A DNA stretch of 64,000 nt from IMG/VR virus record IMGVR_UViG_3300028862_000012, positions 1 to 64,000 of that record; one strand, written 5' to 3'. Positions 8,999 through 19,581 of this stretch are shown here, in pieces. Each line of letters begins with the position of its first letter. The stretch's first letter is position 1. Both the position numbers and the translations under genes were made by a program. The notes beneath the pieces are model-generated. The model was not told the DNA's origin and did no database searches. It saw only the letters and a list, made by a program, of their open reading frames with translations.

Positions 8999-11827
8999 TC
9001 ATTTTAAATAAGCAGGTATAAAATCATCGTCTGCATATTTCATAACAATGTCCTTATACTTATCCCACCAATCATTATTCTTAGTTTCATAATCAAACAA
9101 ATGCAGTCCTTTTGATTCATAATAATCCTCTTCAGCCAATTCAATGCTTTGAGGTAATCCACACATTATATCAGGATACTCAGTATTCATTATTTCTTTT
9201 ATTTTAGGAATTAAAATATCTCTTTCTGATTTAATTACAGCAAATTCAATAGCGTCATGTATGAGTAAAATAATCTGAGACTTCATTTTGTTTTCTTTAA
9301 TAAATTTAGCTATTTTTATTGCTGAAGTTGAAACTACTCCGAATTCCAGCGTTTGTGTAGGTGAATTTACACATATAGATTCAAAATTAGCTATCTTTTT
9401 TTTATCACTATCATTACCGCGATATTGCAAATAAGGTAAACGCCTAAATGATCCATACAGTGATCTAATAAAGCCATGTTCATAAGTAAATTTTTTATAA
9501 GTATCAGACCAAACAATTAATTCAGAATATTCTTTCATAAATCGTTCATGAATTTCGCTTGAAACACAAAGATATTTTGCTTTTGTTTCATCATTTCCTT
9601 TTTTAAAAGGAGTAACATCTAATTGTTCTGATTCAATAAAATCTTCTACTTCACTAAGTGTCCATCCCAAATCCGGGTCAGCAATAGAGTTCCTATAAAG
9701 GCTATTGTAACTTGCAAGAAAAAGTTGAGAAAAATTTATACTTTTTGATTTCTGTCTAGCTTCTTTATAAACCTTATCTCCTTCCTTTAATTTTTTTCTA
9801 AATTCTTCAAATGATACTTTATTGTTCATCAAGATTCCACTTGCTGTTTTACTATGAAAATCTTTATTATAGTCTCTTACAACTTTTGCTAAATTTCCAT
9901 ATATACCTAACTTGGCACACATCTCACTTGCACCCACCATTTGCAAACTACTATAATCTGCGCTGGCAAATATTATTTCTTTATTAAAAGGAATAATATT
10001 TCTTCTAAAAAGCATACATTGATCAGGATGTTTACCTGTTATCATCTGTTGCATATTGGGTGCTTTCATGCGACTCCGAAGAGATTCGGTCATCCCATGC
10101 ATATATGAACCATGTACTGTATTTCTATTTTTTCTCTTATAAGCTACATACCCTTTTCCATCAGTTTCCTCAAGCATTGAATCAGTATCAGTGTCTTCTT
10201 TTTCCTCATAATTATTTAATCCAAACAAATCACTTAAACTTGTATCTTCATTATCTGACTTAATTGAACCAGCACCTAAAAATGTTTTATACAACTGCTC
10301 GTATTCACGTAAAGAAATAATTGTATTACAAATATCATGACCTTGTTTACGCCATTCTCGCAATATGCGATTTCCTGTAAGTGGTACTCCCTTACCTGTC
10401 TCTGGATTTATTTTATTTCCACGTTCAGTAATTTTCCATCCAGACTTTTCAATTAAAAGTCCAAGTTGTTCATCGCTCGAAAGATTAATAGTATTTTTTG
10501 ATACTTTAAAAAAGTCATATAACTTTTGCTTTAATTCTTCAATAATAATTTTTACTTCATCAGAAGTTTTTTGTAATAGCTCCCAATTAATAGCAATACC
10601 ATTTACTTTCATATCACAAACATATGCGTCTAATGATGGCATTGCTATTTCATTTACTAATCTTTGAATTCCCCATGATGGATTAAACGTGTTAGGATAG
10701 TTCTCATCCATGAATTTAAACTCTGCCATAAGATCAAAGTAAAGTTTACGGGTGAGGATTGCATCATAACAACCATACTTTTCTAACATAGCAGGTGGCA
10801 TATCCATAAAGTTTGCTTTTGGATATTTTTTCATGTACAAATCTTTTTCTTTATCATAACCTGCATAGTCTGGCTCGAAGATCCACAGCAATCCCTTCAA
10901 GCTCGCTACTTGCATTTCATTCCATATATGACCTAAAAGCATAGTATCTGCAAAATAGTATATGTCTGATCGGCGTATTCCATTTTCTATTAAAAACATA
11001 ATATCGAACATTCCATTATGGAATACTAATCGTTTACCATGAAACCATTTACTTAACTTTTTAAAAAATAATTTCTTCTTAAACTCATTAGTAGGAACAT
11101 ACAACATTTGTCCTATATTATCTTCACAACTTAACTGGATAGTTCCAAGTCTATCTGTATCAAAATCAAGTCCATTTGTTTCGGTATCAACTGCTACAAT
11201 ATCAGCATCTTCATATTTTAAAAAATATTCATCAAGTTTTTCAAAAGGAATTACTGAATAAATTAACTCAACAGGATTATGCTCTAGTACTTCAAAATCT
11301 TTAGCATATTGTAATTGACATTTAAAAAAGAAGTTTTCAAAGCAGTCTTTAGTAAGCCATGTGTCAACTGCATTTACTGGAAATATTTCTGATTGTAGCT
11401 CTTTAGAATAAAAATGAGTATGAAAAGTAATTGTATCCCAAAAGTGATCAGGTTTAACAAACATATCATTTTCAGTTATTGCATAGATGGAGCGACCAAC
11501 ACACAATATTTTACTATGTGGTTCAATATACGTTTGAAAGTTTATATGATTTTCTGCATACAATTTTACTATATCTTTTTTTAGATTGTCTTCTGTAATG
11601 GTAAAAGGAAGTACCTGAATAATGCTAAAATTAGTAACTGATTTACTTACTCTGCTCTTCAGTATTTCAAGCTCATAATTACTAACTGGATAATCAAGTA
11701 ATACTGTTACTTCATCAATACTACCTTTTTTAAAAAGTATAGGACTTAAATAATCTTTTCCAGATAGTTTTCGCTTAGTAGGTATTTTATCATTGTTAGA
11801 TAGTAGCTCTTCAAATAAATCACTCAC
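8999..11827 (-). CDS. polA: family A DNA polymerase with 3'-5' exonuclease and an N-terminal extension (possibly UDG-like)
   Basis: ExoI VAVDTETNGL, ExoII FHNGMFD, ExoIII YGCYDA; motif A SADYSSLQ, motif B RQKSKSINF, motif C LIHDAI. Confidence 0.92.
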   Translation of the reverse strand: MSDLFEELLSNNDKIPTKRKLSGKDYLSPILFKKGSIDEVTVLLDYPVSNYELEILKSRVSKSVTNFSIIQVLPFTITEDNLKKDIVKLYAENHINFQTYIEPHSKILCVGRSIYAITENDMFVKPDHFWDTITFHTHFYSKELQSEIFPVNAVDTWLTKDCFENFFFKCQLQYAKDFEVLEHNPVELIYSVIPFEKLDEYFLKYEDADIVAVDTETNGLDFDTDRLGTIQLSCEDNIGQMLYVPTNEFKKKLFFKKLSKWFHGKRLVFHNGMFDIMFLIENGIRRSDIYYFADTMLLGHIWNEMQVASLKGLLWIFEPDYAGYDKEKDLYMKKYPKANFMDMPPAMLEKYGCYDAILTRKLYFDLMAEFKFMDENYPNTFNPSWGIQRLVNEIAMPSLDAYVCDMKVNGIAINWELLQKTSDEVKIIIEELKQKLYDFFKVSKNTINLSSDEQLGLLIEKSGWKITERGNKINPETGKGVPLTGNRILREWRKQGHDICNTIISLREYEQLYKTFLGAGSIKSDNEDTSLSDLFGLNNYEEKEDTDTDSMLEETDGKGYVAYKRKNRNTVHGSYMHGMTESLRSRMKAPNMQQMITGKHPDQCMLFRRNIIPFNKEIIFASADYSSLQMVGASEMCAKLGIYGNLAKVVRDYNKDFHSKTASGILMNNKVSFEEFRKKLKEGDKVYKEARQKSKSINFSQLFLASYNSLYRNSIADPDLGWTLSEVEDFIESEQLDVTPFKKGNDETKAKYLCVSSEIHERFMKEYSELIVWSDTYKKFTYEHGFIRSLYGSFRRLPYLQYRGNDSDKKKIANFESICVNSPTQTLEFGVVSTSAIKIAKFIKENKMKSQIILLIHDAIEFAVIKSERDILIPKIKEIMNTEYPDIMCGLPQSIELAEEDYYESKGLHLFDYETKNNDWWDKYKDIVMKYADDDFIPAYLK

Positions 11828-12027
11828 TGTATTCTACCTTGTTATTTTCTTTAATTTTGGACAGGGTAATCCGCTCCATAGGATGTAAGGAAAAAGAATA
11901 CAGTGAACAGAAAATAATTTCAACAGATATAACAATAACCAAACATGCTTTTTTTATCATACAAGTTTCCTTTTATAACTTTATTTATGCATTATAACAT
12001 TTTAATTGTTAGATTGCAATAACTGTG

Positions 12028-12540
12028 TTAGTATTCTTTTTCAAAACTTAGAATAGTATCAGTATCTTTTTTATTAACAATATACTCATGAATATCACAA
12101 AAATTAAAATTAAGTACTCTCATTTTATCATAAAAGATTTTGTTATACTCTGCTAGTTCTGAATCTGAAAACTTATTTAAGCTATCTTTGCTTGCATCGT
12201 TCATAGCTTGTTCTATTTCTTTATATTTAGGAGTTTCATATGCTTTTACTTTTTCTATAAACTTTTCAAAGTTTTCTTTTTCTAATTTTGCTGTTTCAAT
12301 ATTATCCCAACACCCAATTGAAATTTCATAGGTATCATCAGAACTACCAAAATCAGCATATACATGATATACAATATTCTTCTGATCTTTTAATTCTTTA
12401 ATTTTATTTCGGCATATTTCACCTTGTTCTACTCTTGGACTTTTATAACCATGAGCATATGCTAATCCAGATAAATCTTTTAATTCATCTTCTAATAAGT
12501 CTATATAATCTTCGTAAGCTGTTTGTAATTTTGAATTCAT
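12028..12540 (-). CDS. hypothetical protein
   Basis: ORF; likely start is the ATG at 12540, overlapping the upstream stop. Confidence 0.55.
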   Translation of the reverse strand: MNSKLQTAYEDYIDLLEDELKDLSGLAYAHGYKSPRVEQGEICRNKIKELKDQKNIVYHVYADFGSSDDTYEISIGCWDNIETAKLEKENFEKFIEKVKAYETPKYKEIEQAMNDASKDSLNKFSDSELAEYNKIFYDKMRVLNFNFCDIHEYIVNKKDTDTILSFEKEY

Positions 12541-12989
12541 TATGCCCTCATATCTAATTGATATTCCCACAAACCTTTTTCTACAAGTCTTTTATTCACT
12601 ACAAAATTTCCAAACTTAGGCTTTCGTAAATCTCGTAATCGAGCAGATATACTAGTAAGTGGATCATTATTTATCAAGCTAATCTGTTCTAGTGTCCGCC
12701 ATTTACCATCTTTCATCAAATCAAACACTCTTTTACATTGTCTAGTAAGTCGTTCTTTATCATCTATAAAATAGTTATTTCCATCAAAATCTGGATTTTC
12801 TTTCATAGAAATATTAAATCTTTCTGTAACTTCTTTTTGCTTAAAACTAAACAAAATATTATCGATTTTAGATTTAACTAATTGCAGATCTTCTACATAT
12901 CCTTCATCATTTTTATAGCTATCAGTGTCTTCTAAATTAATAGCATACTGCTCATTGTTTTCAGATACTACAATGGTAATTTTTTTCAT
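12540..12989 (-). CDS. winged-HTH DNA-binding protein
   Basis: RVFDLMKDGKWRTLEQIS...SISARLRDLRK...WEY pattern. Confidence 0.6.
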   Translation of the reverse strand: MKKITIVVSENNEQYAINLEDTDSYKNDEGYVEDLQLVKSKIDNILFSFKQKEVTERFNISMKENPDFDGNNYFIDDKERLTRQCKRVFDLMKDGKWRTLEQISLINNDPLTSISARLRDLRKPKFGNFVVNKRLVEKGLWEYQLDMRA

Positions 12990-12990
12990 A

Positions 12991-13548
12991 TTAAACCCTT
13001 TCTATATATCCTTCATTATGACTTCTATCGCGCATATAGTCAATTACTTGATATTCATTAATTGGAATTCCATCTAAACTATCTACACTAATGTTTAATG
13101 TTTTTCCACCAAAATCTGTTTTGTTATGCAAATGTCCATACAAATGAAAACTATCAAAATGAGATTTATTCCATGCTCTCATAGGATAATGACAAAGTGT
13201 TACAGGATACTCTTGAGCTATCTTTGTATCTATATAACCAGCTCGGGGTAATTCTACTAGCTTACTTTTAAATGTACATTCATTAGATTTATAAAACCAT
13301 TTATCAAAATCCTTATCATGATTACCATATAAAAGTATAAGCTTACAATTTAACTGATTAAAATACCAGTTATAATTAGTATTAAAACAAAAGTCACCAA
13401 TCATGTATAATACATCCTTTGGTTTTACCACACTGTTTATTTTATCTATACTGCATTGATCATGTTCTTCTATAGAAGTATATCCGCGCTTCTGTACTAT
13501 AAACTCTTTGTTATGTCCCCAATGAGGATCACTTAGATAGTAATTCAT
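12991..13548 (-). CDS. calcineurin-like metallophosphoesterase
   Basis: SDPHWGH, GDF, GNHD, CHYP, GHLH motifs. Confidence 0.88.
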   Translation of the reverse strand: MNYYLSDPHWGHNKEFIVQKRGYTSIEEHDQCSIDKINSVVKPKDVLYMIGDFCFNTNYNWYFNQLNCKLILLYGNHDKDFDKWFYKSNECTFKSKLVELPRAGYIDTKIAQEYPVTLCHYPMRAWNKSHFDSFHLYGHLHNKTDFGGKTLNISVDSLDGIPINEYQVIDYMRDRSHNEGYIERV

Positions 13549-13550
13549 AA

Positions 13551-13814
13551 TTATTCCTTATTATCCAAAGACTTATCATATAAAATTGGTCTAATAGTTT
13601 CCCCTCTAAAATCAAAACCAACTATAGGCATTTCCAATAAAGAGTCTATTTCATCAAATTTATGCACTACTATTGTAAGAACAGCCTTATCATTCCAGTC
13701 CATTTTTAATTCACTATATTCTTTATTACAATGTTCTACAATAAAAAACTTTGGAAAATTTTCTTGTTTAGAAATACACCCTCTAAAAGATTCAATCATT
13801 AATTCTGTGTTCAT
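13551..13814 (-). CDS. hypothetical protein
   Basis: packed ORF. Confidence 0.5.
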   Translation of the reverse strand: MNTELMIESFRGCISKQENFPKFFIVEHCNKEYSELKMDWNDKAVLTIVVHKFDEIDSLLEMPIVGFDFRGETIRPILYDKSLDNKE

Positions 13815-13816
13815 AG

Positions 13817-14020
13817 TTACTCCTTAAAATTAAAATCATATGGTTCGCCTAATTCTTCTAAAGTATTTCTACCAAATACTGTCTTTAAATAAAAAGGTTT
13901 ATCTACTGGTAAGGACATATCTTTTATATCATAATCATTCCAATTTGTATATGTTGCTTTTGAATAAAATTCATCATGAATATTTTGTAATTCTCTTCTG
14001 TTAAAATCAGCTTTTTTCAT
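13817..14020 (-). CDS. hypothetical protein
   Basis: packed ORF. Confidence 0.5.
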   Translation of the reverse strand: MKKADFNRRELQNIHDEFYSKATYTNWNDYDIKDMSLPVDKPFYLKTVFGRNTLEELGEPYDFNFKE

Positions 14021-14447
14021 ATTTATACCATAATCCTGTTAATTCTTTTGTTTTACAATTCTGTTCATACTCTACTTCAAGTAATTCTTCACCTGTTGTT
14101 TTATTAGTAATAAGTATATAGTCTACATTATTTATATCCATATACTTATACTCAAAATTATTAGGGCCAAATGTTACTCGTTGAATAATAGAAGCCAAAG
14201 GATTTTCAGCCTCTAATTTTTTTCTATAGTCAGCATACTTAGTTTTAAACTCTTCTATAGTAACTTCTTTTGTAGGTAAAGTTTTTCTTTCAAACTTAAT
14301 AGGAACTTTAAGTAATACATTGTTTATAATATGCATACAGTCAGGACAATAAATTGGATCATTGTCCTTATTATCACATCCTGTGCCAGATGCTTGATAT
14401 CCATATACTGTATTACAGTGTTTGCAACGCTTAGTTATATGTGTCAT
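14007..14447 (-). CDS. Zn-ribbon hypothetical protein
   Basis: CKHC...CPDC. Confidence 0.55.
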   Translation of the reverse strand: MTHITKRCKHCNTVYGYQASGTGCDNKDNDPIYCPDCMHIINNVLLKVPIKFERKTLPTKEVTIEEFKTKYADYRKKLEAENPLASIIQRVTFGPNNFEYKYMDINNVDYILITNKTTGEELLEVEYEQNCKTKELTGLWYKYEKS

Positions 14448-14719
14448 TATACTTCCTTATGCCATACTTTTATAAAATACTTTTTATCAGTCATTACTTT
14501 ATCATAAAAAGTAATAAAATCATAACCATATTCTTCAACATAATTTTTAGCAAAAAAAGTATCAGTTTTAAGAATATTATAATTTTGTTCAGAAATTTCT
14601 ATATTTTTGTTTAAATCACTTTTAGCTTTTATTGCATTAAAAATTGTTTCTATTGTTTTTTGAACCTGTTCTGTATCAATGCTATTATCTAAAAGCTCTT
14701 CATATCTTTTCATAGTCAC
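14447..14719 (-). CDS. hypothetical protein
   Basis: packed ORF. Confidence 0.5.
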   Translation of the reverse strand: MTMKRYEELLDNSIDTEQVQKTIETIFNAIKAKSDLNKNIEISEQNYNILKTDTFFAKNYVEEYGYDFITFYDKVMTDKKYFIKVWHKEV

Positions 14720-14940
14720 TCCATTATATAGCTATAGTCACAAATTTTACAGGTATACATATAGTCATTATCTGATATATGTACTGATTCAAATTCATGC
14801 CTACAACTTTTATATACTTCAGATATCATATCTTTATTATACTTAATCTGTCTAGTCAAACCTGCGTTTTGATCTTCTAATGTTTTAACTACAAACTTAA
14901 TGCCATTACATTTAATTTCTTCTAATAATCGTTCTGTCAT
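14716..14940 (-). CDS. hypothetical protein with C-terminal Cys motif
   Basis: CRHEF...CKIC. Confidence 0.5.
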   Translation of the reverse strand: MTERLLEEIKCNGIKFVVKTLEDQNAGLTRQIKYNKDMISEVYKSCRHEFESVHISDNDYMYTCKICDYSYIME

Positions 14941-15249
14941 TTTTTAATCCTCATACTTAATCTAGACTTAACAAACAATAGAAAATCATTCCGATCTTTG
15001 AATCCCAAATCTTCTATGCCTTCATAGCCATAAAAAGAAAGACTGCAAAAATCACAACTAACACTATAGGACTTTACAAAATAACCTTGTGTAAGTATAT
15101 GCTTTCCTTCGCTATACCCCCCCCATTTTATTATTACAGCAAGGACATCTGAATTCTCCTAAATTTTCTATATAAGAGTCTTTATATGTTGTAAACTTAT
15201 GACCATCTTTTATCACACTGACTGATTCTTCTGGATGAAGTATGTCCAT
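14937..15249 (-). pseudogene. Zn-ribbon gene frameshifted at a G8 tract
   Basis: ATG at 15249 with SD; G8 gives ATG GGG GGG GTA TAG; removing one G gives a 103-aa ORF (CPCC...CDFC) ending at the TGA that overlaps the next start. Confidence 0.65.
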
Positions 15250-15417
15250 TTATTTCCTCACTATTTAAACAACACAATAGATGCTATTGCAATATATATT
15301 ATAGCAATATATATTATACCTAAAATTATAGATAAAAAAGAGTAACTTTTAAAAGAGGGAGTATATTCTATTTTATAAGTATTCATTTTGCCATCTGGTC
15401 TTTCAACAATTATTTTC

Positions 15418-15636
15418 TTATTCATCACGTGGCTCTAATTCTATGTCAATAGAATCAAATACATCATCGCCACTTGATTCACAAGCAAGTAATGTTCCAA
15501 TATAAGTACGAATATCATTTAGTGAATCTGCTAATTGCTCTTTTTCATAGCTTTCTGGTAGCTTAGTAAAATCATGAAAAGCTTTGTTATAGCTACAGGC
15601 TAAGTGTTTTCTTAAATTATCAAAATCAACTTTCAT
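15418..15636 (-). CDS. hypothetical protein
   Basis: packed ORF. Confidence 0.5.
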   Translation of the reverse strand: MKVDFDNLRKHLACSYNKAFHDFTKLPESYEKEQLADSLNDIRTYIGTLLACESSGDDVFDSIDIELEPRDE

Positions 15637-15817
15637 TTACTTCCTCCATTTCATAATTATCGAAACTCATAGTCACACACAATGCTTCGTTGCGAGTAAA
15701 TTGATAAGGCTTTCCATTACCATCAAAAGGTTTATCATTTATTTTTCCTTTAACTAAATAGCAACCATCTTTATCTTTTATAAAATAGCGTAATTTCTTT
15801 TTGCTCATAGTGGACAT
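15626..15817 (-). CDS. hypothetical protein
   Basis: packed ORF. Confidence 0.45.
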   Translation of the reverse strand: MSTMSKKKLRYFIKDKDGCYLVKGKINDKPFDGNGKPYQFTRNEALCVTMSFDNYEMEEVNES

Positions 15818-15993
15818 CCTTCAATAATATTATGATCTATAAACTCACTACCGGGATGTTCATAAAAGCTGTCTATTACTTTATTTGTAAAACCACAAAC
15901 CTTTACGTCACCTCTATCAAATCCATCAGTAGATATATTGCTTTCTGATGTTTTACAAGCAGGACATTCTATACATGCTTTTGGCTTTTCCAT
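15805..15993 (-). CDS. small Cys-rich protein
   Basis: CIECPAC...CPL, SD AAGGAG. Confidence 0.5.
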   Translation of the reverse strand: MEKPKACIECPACKTSESNISTDGFDRGDVKVCGFTNKVIDSFYEHPGSEFIDHNIIEGCPL

Positions 15994-16065
15994 TTTAATA
16001 CTCCTTATTTACAATAATAAATATTTTTATTAAATAATCTTAGCATATTTAAATGCATCAGTCAA

Positions 16066-17241
16066 TTACTCCACTTTTATCCAAGTAAAATCTTTTACTG
16101 ATCTTTTTTCTTTTATTGATAAATAAATTCTAAATCTGTATTTAACATCTTTAAATACTAAAGAAGAAGCTTCATCTATACTATTATAAATAATATTGGT
16201 TTCTAAACACTTTACTTTAACACATCTAGGATTATTTAATCCCTTAGTTGCATTACTTCTTTTTTTAGAAAAACTTTCCATCTCCTCTTTAGTCTTATTT
16301 AATGTCCAATTTCCATTTTTTCTCCCTGTTGAATTTTTTGAACATAATATAGAAAAAGCTTGTTTTTTTTCATCTGACCAAGCTTGTCGTGTTATTCTAT
16401 TTTTATTACTTATAGCCTTTAGTTCTTCTTCTGTTTTTTCAAAACTCCAGCTTTTTTTATTTTTAGCCGCATTAGAATAATTATTAAAAATAACTTTTTT
16501 TTCTTCTTCTGTTTTATTTTCATATTTACTTTTACCTAATAGAGCTTTCGATATTTTTTTAGATATGGCTTTCTTTTCCTCTTGAGATTTTTTTGACATT
16601 GTTTTTGCCATTTTACTAATACTAATAGCTTTTTCTTCATTTGATTTATTATTCATAATAGTACTTTTTCTCTGTCTTAACAAGAGCTTTTCATTATCAG
16701 ACTTATTATTCCAAGTTTCTTTCCATTTTGAAACTCTTTTTTTAATTATTTTATCTTTTTCTTCTTTACTTTTATTTGAATTGGCTCTTTTTGCTTTTTC
16801 TATCATTTCTTTTTTCTCTTCATCTGATGCTGATAAATACCATTTCTGAAGAATATCATTTCCTATATTTATTTTCCTAAGCTTTTCAATCATTAAATCA
16901 TAGTTATCTTTAGTCATCCATTTAAAAGTATTTCCTCCTTTTCCTCCTTCATGAACATTGTAGCCCTGTTGAGTTGAAGCATAACTTTCTAATTTTTTTA
17001 TCCAATATTTTTCTTTTTCATTTAATTCATTCTTTGAACTAGAAGTATCAATGATATTCCAAGAAAAATTTTCAACACCATACTTTAATAAGGCTCTATG
17101 AAAAGGCAAAGAAGATTTTTCATAAGTTATTAGATGCTGTTTCTTTCTTAATTCTAAAGTTCTTATAGTCTGTCCTATATACTTTTTTCCATTTACTAAA
17201 TTAGTAACACAATAAATTATACCTTTACAATAATCATCCAT
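16066..17241 (-). CDS. GIY-YIG homing endonuclease with Lys-rich NUMOD3-like repeats
   Basis: GIIYCVTNLVNGKKYIGQT...ELNEKEKYWI...GYN; repeated K/E-rich helices; TAACTATTA motif upstream. Confidence 0.88.
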   Translation of the reverse strand: MDDYCKGIIYCVTNLVNGKKYIGQTIRTLELRKKQHLITYEKSSLPFHRALLKYGVENFSWNIIDTSSSKNELNEKEKYWIKKLESYASTQQGYNVHEGGKGGNTFKWMTKDNYDLMIEKLRKINIGNDILQKWYLSASDEEKKEMIEKAKRANSNKSKEEKDKIIKKRVSKWKETWNNKSDNEKLLLRQRKSTIMNNKSNEEKAISISKMAKTMSKKSQEEKKAISKKISKALLGKSKYENKTEEEKKVIFNNYSNAAKNKKSWSFEKTEEELKAISNKNRITRQAWSDEKKQAFSILCSKNSTGRKNGNWTLNKTKEEMESFSKKRSNATKGLNNPRCVKVKCLETNIIYNSIDEASSLVFKDVKYRFRIYLSIKEKRSVKDFTWIKVE

Positions 17242-17326
17242 TATATTAGTCCTTATAATATAATAGTTATATCAAAACTAAGATATATAAACCCCTAAGT
17301 ATCTTAATTTACTAATATGTCAATTA

Positions 17327-17752
17327 CTAAACTATTACATTTTTCTGTAACTGTTCTCGTTCCTTCATAAGTATTTTACCTAAGTTATTTTCACCAATAT
17401 TATTACACCTGCCGCAAAAAGTATCATCCCAATTATTACCCTCAACAATTTCCTCATAGTTTGTAGCTATCAACTTTTTCTGTAATTCTTTATTGTAAAA
17501 CTTTTGATGAACTAAATCAGACATTATGCTTACCTTTACCGTGTCCCAATCAGATCGCAAAGTAACTACTTTACCTAATCGTTTTGCCATACCTGCTGAT
17601 ATATTTAAAAACTGATGTTGTTCTGACTCTGTTCTACACTTACTTGCTTGATAGGCATTTTCAACAGAACTAAAAATAAAGTTATTATACTTTACAATAC
17701 AAGGATAAAAATTTGATAAAAACCTATACTCACCTGAAAATGAATCAATCAT
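17327..17752 (-). CDS. NADAR (YbiA-like) family protein
   Basis: FLSNFY...SVENAYQASK...AKRLG...LRSDW...EGNNWDDTFCG...NNLGKILM. Confidence 0.88.
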   Translation of the reverse strand: MIDSFSGEYRFLSNFYPCIVKYNNFIFSSVENAYQASKCRTESEQHQFLNISAGMAKRLGKVVTLRSDWDTVKVSIMSDLVHQKFYNKELQKKLIATNYEEIVEGNNWDDTFCGRCNNIGENNLGKILMKEREQLQKNVIV

Positions 17753-18138
17753 AATGCCTCCACTAATTTAATTAATTCAATTAAATTATTTTTAGACTCT
17801 TTTTCTTTTTTATTTAAAACAGATACTTTTAATGCCTTACTTGTCTTTTTGGCTTTTTTATATATAAAATATATTTTGAAATAAGTAGTTAAACTAACAC
17901 ACTCAAAAGTAACTGGGCAATTTCTTTGTGTGGAATACTCAAAAATTTCCTCACCCTCATTATTATATTTAAATATTTCAAACTTTATACAAAAAGAATA
18001 ATCATATACTGTTTTAATTGCTAAGTTTTTATAACATATCCATAGAGTATCGTCATATAAGGAATACTTATATACTTTAGTTAGAACAGTTTTTATAAGC
18101 TTGTCTAGTTCTTTATTACGCCTATACGTTGCACTCAA
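17749..18138 (-). CDS. hypothetical protein
   Basis: packed ORF. Confidence 0.5.
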   Translation of the reverse strand: MSATYRRNKELDKLIKTVLTKVYKYSLYDDTLWICYKNLAIKTVYDYSFCIKFEIFKYNNEGEEIFEYSTQRNCPVTFECVSLTTYFKIYFIYKKAKKTSKALKVSVLNKKEKESKNNLIELIKLVEAL

Positions 18139-18146
18139 ATAAGTGA

Positions 18147-18614
18147 TTAAATTTTTAATACTTTCTCCTTATCAAAATTAAATGGATTTACATAATATTT
18201 ATTTCGCTTGTAATCTGCATATCCTTCTACGCGATTGAAAGCACTTGGTAGTCCGTCTTCTCTAATAGGTGCATTCCGTAAATTAGTTACTGGCTTTATT
18301 TGCCAGTACATTTTAACAGTAGGATCATAATTAGGAGTAAGCCATATATAATAGCTTGCAGTATATTCATCTAGTAATTCATTTACTTCTAATCCCACTC
18401 TATTTACTAATTTGCATTTAATATCAGACTTTTCAAATTCAATATATGGCCCATGATCACCATATACTATTCTGTTATAACCAATAGCAAATAAATTGTT
18501 TTTTATAAAAAATTGTTTTGTATTATTTCCAAACTCGTTTATACTAAGTTCTTTTTCAACTTTATTTCTATCATCAATTCTGTTTGGATAAATAGCAGTA
18601 GTTAAATAATTCAT
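18147..18614 (-). CDS. hypothetical protein
   Basis: GYNRIVYGDHGPYIEF...YADYK..KYYV; well-formed ORF. Confidence 0.6.
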   Translation of the reverse strand: MNYLTTAIYPNRIDDRNKVEKELSINEFGNNTKQFFIKNNLFAIGYNRIVYGDHGPYIEFEKSDIKCKLVNRVGLEVNELLDEYTASYYIWLTPNYDPTVKMYWQIKPVTNLRNAPIREDGLPSAFNRVEGYADYKRNKYYVNPFNFDKEKVLKI

Positions 18615-18934
18615 ACTATTTTACTTTCTAACCAAAGTACATAATCCTCATAATATAAGTTTGATTTATCATCTTTTACTTTTTTATTATAGCTATTTTC
18701 TAAAAGAGATTTAGCCATTTCAAAATCTATTTCTGGAGTACATATTGTATAAAACTTACTTGAGAATTTACCTACTAAAAAATCTACATAGTGTTCAAAA
18801 TATAGTAGTGATCCATCGCTCTGCTGCTCTTTAATATATTCACTTGTACCACTTTCATTGTATTCCTTTTCTAATTTTCTTAGAAAAGGCGAGTATTCTT
18901 TACCTCGTTTAATACTATACTTTGGCATAGCCAC
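18611..18934 (-). CDS. hypothetical protein
   Basis: packed ORF. Confidence 0.5.
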   Translation of the reverse strand: MAMPKYSIKRGKEYSPFLRKLEKEYNESGTSEYIKEQQSDGSLLYFEHYVDFLVGKFSSKFYTICTPEIDFEMAKSLLENSYNKKVKDDKSNLYYEDYVLWLESKIV

Positions 18935-19229
18935 TTTTTTCCATTTCTTCTATTAATTCATCAATAAGCATAATACTTCTATCAAAGCCTAAAGTATTAG
19001 TTCTTCCGCAATTTACAAAAATCTTTTTATCATTTAAAATTCTGTCACGCGCCTCTTTTAAAGCCTTTATTGGAGCAATATAAAACTCATCGAGTATTTC
19101 TGTAAGCTCTTCAGCAGTAGCTTCATACTTAGGCTTGTATCCATTTTCCTTAGTATTTTCAAAAACTACTACTACACCTTTATTGTCTTGCTTTTTGCAA
19201 GTTCCTTCAACTACATATTTTCTATGCAT
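18915..19229 (-). CDS. hypothetical protein
   Basis: packed ORF. Confidence 0.5.
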   Translation of the reverse strand: MHRKYVVEGTCKKQDNKGVVVVFENTKENGYKPKYEATAEELTEILDEFYIAPIKALKEARDRILNDKKIFVNCGRTNTLGFDRSIMLIDELIEEMEKSGYAKV

Positions 19230-19568
19230 TTAATCCTCCCATTTTGCAAGTTCTATAAGAATAAAAATTGAAACAGTTCTTGTAAAATTATTTATTTTTT
19301 CTTTAGTTTCTGAATTATGTATATTTTCTATTACACTTGTTATTCCAAAGTTTAGTTTATAATGAACATGTTCTTTCCCATCTGTTGCTACACTCATTAA
19401 ATTAAAAGAAAGTGTAGGTGCATTATTACTATCATAAGCTTTATTTAATGATTCAATAAAGCTATCAGCAATTAATTGTATTAAATCTTTATTAGAAATA
19501 ACTAGTTCATCATTATCTGTATTAAATAGATAGTTTGTTCCATTATAATAATATTCTTTTATCAACAT
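19230..19568 (-). CDS. hypothetical protein
   Basis: packed ORF. Confidence 0.5.
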   Translation of the reverse strand: MLIKEYYYNGTNYLFNTDNDELVISNKDLIQLIADSFIESLNKAYDSNNAPTLSFNLMSVATDGKEHVHYKLNFGITSVIENIHNSETKEKINNFTRTVSIFILIELAKWED

Positions 19569-19581
19569 ACTTAATCCATCC

